DNA of 13,817 nt. Origin: a bacterium (GTDB lineage Bacteria; RBG-13-61-14; DATKZS01). Positions within the stretch are counted from its first letter, which is position 1; each line of letters starts with the position of its first letter. Under the pieces are notes generated by a model. It ran no database searches and was not told the origin of the DNA. It worked only from the letters and a program-made list of their open reading frames with translations. The stretch covers positions 1 through 13,817 of the forward strand of contig JAWOBU010000046.1 in NCBI GenBank assembly GCA_046484135.1. Direction: 5' to 3'. The position numbers were made by a program, and so were the translations under genes. Below, piece after piece: positions 7,997 through 13,817 of the stretch.

Positions 7997-8154
7997 GTCG
8001 CGGCTTTGGTCGCTTGCACGGGAGGCGGATTTAAACGCAACGGCGCAACGGCGCCACGGCGCGAGATGGTTTCACGCAGAGGCGAAGGGCGCTGAGGGAA
8101 GAAATTTTATTAGCTTATGGAACGGATGGTATGTCGCTATATTCGTCGCTCGAC
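7997..8154 (+). repeat. Dispersed intergenic repeat, homologous to the reverse complement of 12941-13074
   Basis: 8027-8154 aligns colinearly with rc(12941-13074): GGATT(T)AAACGCAACG, CGCnACGGCGCnACG, GGTTTCACGCA, TTAGCTTATG, TGTCGC...GTCGCTCG. 7997-8019 is an extra copy (18/23) of the terminal GTCGCGACTAAAGTCGCTCGCAC motif. It lies between convergent genes. Confidence 0.8.
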
Positions 8155-8193
8155 ATAAACCGCTCGTTGAGAAGTCTCCCGCACGAGTTGTTT

Positions 8194-9870
8194 TCAGTCT
8201 GCCGGTGCTTTCTTTTCTTTTCCTGCGGTCATGTGGGCCAGTTCCTTGAGTGTCTTGGCCAGGTCGTTGATCTTGGTGAGCGACTCTTCGGTTTCTTTTG
8301 CGCCTTTCTCGACTTCGGATGCCACGTCCGCTACCTCGGTTACGGTGCCTACCATCTGCTCGCAGGCGGTGGTCTGCTGCCTGGTGGACAAGGATATTTC
8401 GGTGCTTGCCTTCATGGTGCCGTCCACCATGGTAAGGATGTTCTGGAAGCTTTGGTTCATGTTGTCCATAATTTTCTCCGCTTGCTTGGCGCTTTTCATG
8501 GTCTCCTCGGTAACCATGACCGTGGAGTTGGTCGAGGTCTGGATTTTTTCGATCAGCTCGACCACCACCTGGGAGGAGTCCAGGGTGCGGTTGGCCAGCC
8601 TTCTTATCTCCTGGGCCACCACTTGAAACCTTTTGCCGTCCTCGCCCGCGCCCGCGGCTTCGATGCCGGCGTTCAGTGCGAGCAGGTTGGTGTGCTCGCT
8701 TATCTCCCGGATGAGATCAATGATACCGGTGATCTTCTGGCTCTGTTCGCCGAGGCTGACAATCTGTCCGGCGACCTGCTCGACCTTGGATGAGACCTCC
8801 CTTACCTGCTCGAGGGCGGTGGAAAGCTCTTCCTTTCCCCGATCGGAGGCCTCCCTGGCCTGCCGGGCGTTCTCGGACACGTTCTCCGCGGTGGTTGCTA
8901 TCTTTTCGGCGCTGGCTGCTATTTCCTTGCTGGTGGACGAAGCCTGGTACACGGACGCGGCCTGCTCAGTGGCTCCGGTGGACTGCTGGGAGCTGATGCC
9001 GTAGATTTCGTCCACTGTCTCGGAAAGCAGCTCCACGGTCTGCTCGAGGTTCTCGACCACCTCGTGGGAACTTTCCACCTGTTTTCGGGACTCGGCCAGA
9101 ATTCTGTCCATGGAGCGGGCCAGCATCGAAATCCGTCCGGTATAGCCCCGGTCCAGGGTGTCGGGGTTTTCTTTGTCGCGCGCTTTTTCCAGGTCGGCGT
9201 GTAAGTCTTCAATGGGCCTTAACAAGTGGTACCTGGTCCACAGAAATGCGGCCAGCATAAAAATCATTCCGGCTACCGCCAACGGATACCCCAGCTTTCC
9301 CACTTTTCCGGAAGCGGACAGGACCTGGTCGGCATCGAAGCCAAGCCGGGCCCATGCTTGGATGCGGCCGGTCTCCGGGTCTTTGCCGATTGGCTTTATG
9401 TATTCCACTACCTCGTAGTCGGTGCCGTGAAGAGAAGATACGTTGTTAAGGCGGCCCTCCTTTATGCCGGCGGGCTCCGATAGTTGAAACTCGTAGGGCC
9501 TTTGTCCGGAGAGTAACCGGGAGAAAAGGGTTTTCCCTTTGCTGTCCTGGAGCATGAAGTACATGAAGCCCGGCTTTCGGGAGAGGCTTTCGGTTCTTTT
9601 TTCTAACTGTTTTGAATCTTTGTCTTTCCATCCCTGCTTGTAAAGAACGAGGTCTATGATGGTTTCCGCGTGTGCTTTAAAGTCTTTTTTTTCTTTGTTT
9701 TCCAGGCTCCCGGCCAGGAGTCCCGTCAAGAGGAGTGGCAGGACCAGCACCAGCAAAGCTCCGGCCGCCAGCAGGAGCGCAAGCTGTGCTCCGGTCTTTT
9801 GCCGAAAGTCTTGCGCCGCCTTCCGGATGTCGTTTTTGAACTCGGCGGCCTTCATGTTGGTTTTCCTCAT
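8194..9870 (-). CDS. Methyl-accepting chemotaxis protein (two TM, periplasmic sensor, HAMP-like linker, signalling domain)
   Basis: TM1 [23 protein letters not shown] and TM2 [17 protein letters not shown]. Hairpin tip [37 protein letters not shown], with methylation-type QQ/EQ pairs ([23 protein letters not shown]). An alternative start at 9855 has an AGGA RBS. Confidence 0.93.
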   Translation of the reverse strand: MRKTNMKAAEFKNDIRKAAQDFRQKTGAQLALLLAAGALLVLVLPLLLTGLLAGSLENKEKKDFKAHAETIIDLVLYKQGWKDKDSKQLEKRTESLSRKPGFMYFMLQDSKGKTLFSRLLSGQRPYEFQLSEPAGIKEGRLNNVSSLHGTDYEVVEYIKPIGKDPETGRIQAWARLGFDADQVLSASGKVGKLGYPLAVAGMIFMLAAFLWTRYHLLRPIEDLHADLEKARDKENPDTLDRGYTGRISMLARSMDRILAESRKQVESSHEVVENLEQTVELLSETVDEIYGISSQQSTGATEQAASVYQASSTSKEIAASAEKIATTAENVSENARQAREASDRGKEELSTALEQVREVSSKVEQVAGQIVSLGEQSQKITGIIDLIREISEHTNLLALNAGIEAAGAGEDGKRFQVVAQEIRRLANRTLDSSQVVVELIEKIQTSTNSTVMVTEETMKSAKQAEKIMDNMNQSFQNILTMVDGTMKASTEISLSTRQQTTACEQMVGTVTEVADVASEVEKGAKETEESLTKINDLAKTLKELAHMTAGKEKKAPAD

Positions 9871-9904
9871 GGCCCGAAACAGGGAGGGGACATCTTAATC
9901 CTCT

Positions 9905-10948
9905 TTATCCGAAGAAGTTCCTGGCCACGTCGTAGATTTCCGGTGGAATGGTCTTATTGGCATGTACGCTTTCGGAGAGGGGCACGGGCTGCACCTCGAC
10001 CCCCCGGAGTGCGGCCATCATTCCCCATTGCTGTTCCGCCACCATGTCTACCGCGCAGACCCCGTACCTGGTTCCCAGGACCCGGTCGAACGCGGTGGGG
10101 GTCCCGCCTCTCTGGATGTGTCCCAGGATGGTGGTCCGGACGTCCATGCCGGTCATCTTTTCCAGGTCGCGGGCCAGGTTGTTTCCCACCCCTCCCAAAT
10201 GGACGTGGCCGAACTCGTCCACCTTGTCGCTTTGCAGATAAAGGTCCTTCTTGTCGCGAGGGTGGGCCCCTTCCGCGATCACGATGATGGAAAAAGTCTT
10301 GCCGCGCTCCCGCCGGGCGTTTATGGCCTGGACCACGTCGTCCAGGTCAAAAGGCTGTTCCGGTATCAGGATCATGTCCGCGCCGCCCGCCAGGCCGGAG
10401 TAGGTGGCGATCCAGCCGGCATGTCTTCCCATGACCTCGACCACTATGACCCGGTGGTGGGCCTCGGCTGTGGTGTGGAGCCGGTCTATGGCTTCGGTGG
10501 CTATCCCCACCGCGGTGTCGAACCCGAAGGTGAAGTCGGTGCCGCCCACGTCATTATCAATGGTTTTGGGGATGCCCACGATGTGCAGGCCTTCGTCGCT
10601 GAGCTTGCTCGCCGCGCCCAGCGTGTCGTCTCCGCCGATGGCGATAAGAGCGTCCAGGCGGAGCTTCTTGTAGTTGGTTATGGTGAGCTCCTTGGTTTCC
10701 TCGGTCTTGAGGGGGTTGGTCCGGCTGGTGCCCAGGATGGTGCCGCCCCGGTGGACGATCCCGCTCACGTTCTCCCGCGTCAGGTTCATCCACTCGTAAT
10801 CCAGAAGACCGGCCCAACCGTTCAGGATGCCGATCATTTTGAAGTTGTACTTGCGGATGCCCCGGACCACGATGGCCCGGATAACCGCATTCAAACCAGG
10901 GCAGTCGCCTCCCCCGGTCAATAGTCCCACTCTCTCGATCTTGCTCAT
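9905..10948 (-). CDS. pfkA: 6-phosphofructokinase, group III (mixed-substrate) family, probably PPi-dependent
   Basis: 347 aa with TGGGDCPGLNAVIR, GGTILGTSR, IGGDDT, PKTIDND, FGFDTA, EVMGRHAGWIA, DEFGH..LGG and LGHIQRGG. GGAGG RBS. Confidence 0.95.
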   Translation of the reverse strand: MSKIERVGLLTGGGDCPGLNAVIRAIVVRGIRKYNFKMIGILNGWAGLLDYEWMNLTRENVSGIVHRGGTILGTSRTNPLKTEETKELTITNYKKLRLDALIAIGGDDTLGAASKLSDEGLHIVGIPKTIDNDVGGTDFTFGFDTAVGIATEAIDRLHTTAEAHHRVIVVEVMGRHAGWIATYSGLAGGADMILIPEQPFDLDDVVQAINARRERGKTFSIIVIAEGAHPRDKKDLYLQSDKVDEFGHVHLGGVGNNLARDLEKMTGMDVRTTILGHIQRGGTPTAFDRVLGTRYGVCAVDMVAEQQWGMMAALRGVEVQPVPLSESVHANKTIPPEIYDVARNFFG

Positions 10949-11058
10949 TTAAGAACCTCCCCAGCTTCCAAGAAAATTAAAACAACCAAGCCGGCCCCCA
11001 AAAAAGGCCGACCCGGATGTGATATCAGCGCGAACCCGATGCCGCCGCTTACCAGAGT

Positions 11059-11086
11059 ATTATATGCAGTGTTCGGGAGTTGTCAA
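11059..11086 (-). promoter_or_regulatory. Near-consensus sigma70 promoter for pfk (and probably the downstream MCP)
   Basis: Minus strand TTGACA (11086-11081), 16-nt spacer, TATAAT (11064-11059), ~110 nt upstream of the pfk ATG. Confidence 0.75.
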
Positions 11087-11136
11087 AGGTAAGGAAAAGC
11101 GCCGGAAGCAAAAGAAGGTTTGGGAGAACGTGATGA

Positions 11137-11278
11137 GGGTCAGGTCTTGACATTTGATATGTTGACAAGAATGTTTTTTCCAGAGTGGGGGGCGCGGCGG
11201 TGCAGGATGGAAGCGAAGTATAGCAAGCCGGAGCATGGATTTTTATACTGCCGCACATGTCAAATATCATGGCCCCGC
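11137..11278. repeat. REPIN/MITE-like unit with imperfect ~24-bp inverted ends (GGGTCAGGTCTTGACATTTGA type)
   Basis: Left end GGGTCAGGTCTTGACATTTGATATGT (11137-11162) pairs imperfectly with ACATGTCAAATATCATGGCCCCGC (11255-11278). The left arm resembles the rc of AATTGTAAAGATCTGACCCC in the 13417-13520 duplication. Confidence 0.6.
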
Positions 11279-11290
11279 ATGGAGAAGTCA

Positions 11291-12466
11291 TCATTGCCGC
11301 AAACTTTGATGCGCAGGCCGGATGGTTACTCCCACCACCTCGGGCGGGCAAAAGAAGCGCAGGCGGGGCGCTCCGGCTCCTTCCAGGCCGATGCCGCGCG
11401 AGACCACCAGGGCGGTGCCGTTTAGGTGGAACTTTCCGTGGGCGTACTTGTTGCCGAAGCGGCTGGCTGTGTAGAGCGCTCCTGCGGGCGGGAACCTTAC
11501 CTGCCCGCCGTGGGTGTGGCCGGCTATGTAAAGGTCCACGCCGAAGCGGGGAGCTACTTCAGCGAGGTCGGGTGAGTGGAAAAGAAGAAGGGCAGGCCGT
11601 CCGGGATTGGCCGCGGCCAGGCGCGCCAGGTGTTCGACCTGGTCGTTCTCTTCGCCCTGGAAGGTAACGCCCATGATGTAAAGCCCGGTGCCGTTCACGT
11701 TCGTTTCCACCGCCCGGTTGTGTAGAAGCTCGGCAGGCGTGCCGTGCAGTATGGAGCCGATCCACCACCGGGGGTCCACCTCGGGCGTGCCCAGGCTGAC
11801 GTAAACCCGGGCCATGCTGCAGAGCTCGCTCACGAACTCCCTGGTCTGTCGGAAAGTCTCCGGGTCCCCCACAAAGGAGAGGTTGGTCAGGTCCCCGGGC
11901 ATGGCGATTATGTGTGGCTTGAAGTCGCGGGCGAGCTCGAGGGTCTTTTCTTCGCGCCTGCCGCGGCGGTCGAGATGGAGGTCACTTATAACAAGGACCC
12001 GGCATTCACCGGTTGCGGATTCGAGCTCGATTTCTTCTTTACGAAGGGTCACCCGGAAGGGCTCGATGGTCGAGGCCCAGAGCATGGCCGCGAACAGGCC
12101 GGCCTGAAAAAACAGGTGCAGCCCGAGCATGGCGGCCGGCGCAATCGGCAGAAGCGGAGGCACGGCCGCGGCAGCCAGGTGCCCGAGCGCAAAAGAGGTA
12201 AACGGCCCGTTAAAAGGGGAGGGCGAAGAGTAGGTAAACCAGGTGCGGGCGATAATAGAGGCCTCGATCCCCAGCGCCGCCACGGACACCATCACCGCGA
12301 GCTCGCCGTGCACAGGCCAGATAAGACCGACCGCCGCAAGTGCGGCAAACGCTCCGGCAAGAATGGCGTAAGGATGGATGTCCTCGCTCCGGCCCAACAG
12401 CACCAGGAGGTTATGAAAGGGATGCCCTTTCTGATACCGGAGCTTCAGCGGGGGAAAGGATATCAT
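11291..12466 (-). CDS. Membrane-anchored calcineurin-like metallophosphoesterase (YkuE/YaeI-like)
   Basis: 391 aa with ~4 N-terminal hydrophobic segments, then IEP, ISDLH, PGDLTN, FHSPD, AGHTHGGQV and VSRGIG...RFFCPPEV. The GNH(D/E) motif is replaced by GTPEVD. Confidence 0.88.
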   Translation of the reverse strand: MISFPPLKLRYQKGHPFHNLLVLLGRSEDIHPYAILAGAFAALAAVGLIWPVHGELAVMVSVAALGIEASIIARTWFTYSSPSPFNGPFTSFALGHLAAAAVPPLLPIAPAAMLGLHLFFQAGLFAAMLWASTIEPFRVTLRKEEIELESATGECRVLVISDLHLDRRGRREEKTLELARDFKPHIIAMPGDLTNLSFVGDPETFRQTREFVSELCSMARVYVSLGTPEVDPRWWIGSILHGTPAELLHNRAVETNVNGTGLYIMGVTFQGEENDQVEHLARLAAANPGRPALLLFHSPDLAEVAPRFGVDLYIAGHTHGGQVRFPPAGALYTASRFGNKYAHGKFHLNGTALVVSRGIGLEGAGAPRLRFFCPPEVVGVTIRPAHQSLRQ

Positions 12467-12653
12467 GGTCGTTTAAAAAACAGCGGGTCCTGAAACTCCG
12501 CCTCTGATGGGCTATGATATTACAGAAGCCCGGCAAAGGCCAGCGGCTTTTTATCCGTAAGGACCAATCTCTGTAAAAGTAAAGCAACCCCTGCAAGCGG
12601 CGGAAGCCGCGATAAAGATCAGGCAAAACAAAGGCCGCGGGAAAAATCAGCGA

Positions 12654-12711
12654 GTGGCCCATGCAGTTTTGTCCGCAAAACTGCATGGGTGGCGAAAGCC
12701 ACAGGATGAGC
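12654..12711 (+). repeat. REP-like double-hairpin repeat, copy 1
   Basis: GTGG-CCCATGCAGTTTTG-TCCG-CAAAACTGCATGGG (perfect 14-bp stem) followed by GTGGC-GAAA-GCCAC. 56/58 identical to 13093-13150. Confidence 0.9.
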
Positions 12712-12789
12712 AATTGATGGATCGGTACCCCGGACAGCTCGCCTATCCGGGCGCTTGAAAAGCGTAGGATGGATTTAAACGCAACGCCG

Positions 12790-12852
12790 CCCCGGGACCG
12801 CCAGGCTCCAGCCTGGCAAAATTCCCCCGGGACCGCCTGGCACCAGCCTGGC
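12790..12852 (+). repeat. Tandem pair of 28-bp REP-like palindromes
   Basis: CCCCGGGACCGCCAGGCTCCAGCCTGGC (12790-12817) and CCCCGGGACCGCCTGGCACCAGCCTGGC (12825-12852) are 26/28 identical. Hairpin GCCAGGC-TCCA-GCCTGGC in copy 1. Confidence 0.85.
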
Positions 12853-12940
12853 TCTAAACGCACCGACACAACGCCGCAACGATTCTTCCTTTTGTTCAAG
12901 ATGACTTTAGTGCGAGCGGCTTCATCACAAGCTTTCTTCA

Positions 12941-13074
12941 GTGCGAGCGACTTTAGTCGCGACACGCCTCCGCTTCATAAGCTAAAAAATCTCCTCTTCT
13001 CTTCACTTCGCGTCTTATCGTCTTTGCGTGAAACCCTCTTCCTCGTAGCGCCGTAGCGTCGTTGCGTTTAATCC
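12941..13074 (-). repeat. Dispersed repeat, partner of 8027-8154, ending in the REP-like GTGCGAGCGACTTTAGTCGC motif
   Basis: Colinear homology to 8027-8154 in opposite orientation. Contains the GCGACT-TT-AGTCGC palindrome, with a partial second copy of that motif at 12909-12922. Confidence 0.8.
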
Positions 13075-13092
13075 CTCTTCCCCCATACGCGG

Positions 13093-13150
13093 GTGGCCCA
13101 TGCAGTTTTGTCCGCAAAACTGCATGGGTGGCAAAAGCCACAGGCTGAGC
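13093..13150 (+). repeat. REP-like double-hairpin repeat, copy 2
   Basis: Direct repeat of 12654-12711 (2 differences, neither in a stem), 439 bp downstream. Confidence 0.9.
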
Positions 13151-13176
13151 GATAGCACACCAAGCCCACCTCTCAA

Positions 13177-13357
13177 GTCCCAAAGGGACGGCGGAAATTA
13201 GCCCGGGGTGATAACCCCGGGAAACAGGAACCCAACCATCGTTTGCGGCTTGAAAGGCCGCGGGAAAGCTCCGGCGTCCCTTCAGGACACAAATTCATCG
13301 GGACCAATTTCACCAGGGGTTAGCACCCCTGGCTAATCTATAACGCTCCGTTGGAGC
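13177..13357. mobile_element. REPIN-like non-autonomous element with six hairpins in mirror arrangement (type seen beside IS200-like/Y1 HUH transposases)
   Basis: Left half: GTCCC-AAA-GGGAC, ATTAGCCCGGGGTGATAACCCCGGG (13197-13221), GCGGCTTGAAAGGCCGC. Right half: GTCCCTTCAGGAC, CCAGGGGTTAGCACCCCTGGCTAAT (13313-13337), GCTCC-GTT-GGAGC. The central arms are 22/25 inverted matches. Confidence 0.7.
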
Positions 13358-13416
13358 TTGGAAAAAGAAAGGAGCCTGATTCACTGGAAGAAAAGAACAA
13401 GAAAAGAAAATCAACT

Positions 13417-13520
13417 GCGAGGTCTGAGGCGATAAACTTAATTGTAAAGATCTGACCCCTTCCACGCCGCGAGGTCTGAGGCGATAAACTTAATTGTAAA
13501 GATCTGACCCCTTCCACGCC
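13417..13520 (+). repeat. Perfect 52-bp tandem duplication
   Basis: GCGAGGTCTGAGGCGATAAACTTAATTGTAAAGATCTGACCCCTTCCACGCC occurs at 13417-13468 and 13469-13520. Confidence 0.95.
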
Positions 13521-13526
13521 GGCGCC

Positions 13527-13628
13527 CACACTCTCACCGCTCTCGATCCGAAGACGGGCCATAATTTCCCGCTTTTTTCGCTTATCGCTCCCGGCAATCA
13601 CCACGACAGCCTGTTTTTGGAACAGTTA
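13527..13628 (+). pseudogene. Short internal fragment of a probable DDE transposase
   Basis: My translation HTLTALDPKTGHNFPLFSLIAPGNHHDSLFLEQL resembles the GY.LH......TG..P.....PAN.HD segment of DDE transposases. No start codon follows the in-frame TAA at 13497-13499. Confidence 0.5.
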
Positions 13629-13817
13629 ATGCATCCTCAGTGGTACAATGCTGTGAATGAGAACGGCCAGTGGAAACTCAACCTTGATTACTGGCGGACA
13701 CCTGAATTCATATCCCAGTTAGGCTCGAAGAAAGCACTAGAATACGCGGACGACCTGATTGCCGAATATTGCAATATTTTTGGTATGCATAAGCTGACCC
13801 CCGATACTGTCTTTCGT
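13629..13817 (+). CDS. Partial ORF running off the window edge; hypothetical, possibly a polysaccharide-deacetylase-like fragment
   Basis: MHPQWYNAVNENGQWKLNLDYWRTPEFISQLGSKKALEYADDLIAEYCNIFGMHKLTPDTVFR..., open to the edge, with lower GC than the core genes. QLMHPQW recalls the QLH.HPQW metal-binding motif of deacetylase-like proteins. No clear RBS. Confidence 0.35.
   Translation, partial: MHPQWYNAVNENGQWKLNLDYWRTPEFISQLGSKKALEYADDLIAEYCNIFGMHKLTPDTVFR

Noticed and set aside
7980..8249. 89-aa ORF overlapping the stop of the membrane fusion gene (ATGA)
   Set aside because: It is a translation of the dispersed repeat and runs into the MCP 3' end. The homologous repeat copy yields only a similar spurious ORF (12953-13183).
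9962..10924. 320-aa + strand ORF (and 9670-10287)
   Set aside because: Antisense shadow of pfk; no motifs. Typical of GC-rich codon usage.
11049..11425. ~100-aa ORFs on both strands between pfk and the phosphoesterase
   Set aside because: They span the promoter and the inverted-repeat element; no recognisable protein features.
12411..13183. ORFs 12411-12965, 12769-13056 and 12953-13183
   Set aside because: Read-through of palindromic repeats; no RBS or domain signal.
12654..13520. CRISPR array
   Set aside because: Each repeat family has only two copies, with no regular repeat-spacer period. No cas genes in the window.
13338..13604. Minus-strand ORF containing MARLRIE, reminiscent of the MARPLRIE start of RAYT-like transposases
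   Set aside because: No following YHV/HxH motifs. It is the antisense of the more convincing + strand LDPKTGH fragment and runs through the tandem repeat.

Overview
Bacterial window of moderately high GC, probably a diderm (Deltaproteobacteria-like guess from protein style only). The core (542-12466) holds eight intact genes: long-chain polyprenyl diphosphate synthase (-), AsmA-family envelope protein (-), TrmO/TsaA-like SAM-binding protein (+), DUF4405-like membrane protein (+), 14-TM MFS-like/spermidine-synthase-like fusion (+), methyl-accepting chemotaxis protein (-), group III phosphofructokinase with the PPi-type signature (-) and a membrane-anchored metallophosphoesterase lacking the GNH motif (-). 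Both ends are mobile-DNA debris. The left end is a frameshifted DDE-transposase tail with a 27-bp in-frame palindromic insert, followed by a promoter-like site and a 110-bp inverted-repeat unit. The right end (~12560-13817) is a dense, nested mosaic of at least five REP/REPIN-like palindrome families, a perfect 52-bp tandem duplication and a chimeric gene fragment. Two of these repeat families recur elsewhere in the window (7997-8154, 11137-11278). No CRISPR array, tRNA or rRNA was seen. Family assignments come from motif recognition, not database searches.
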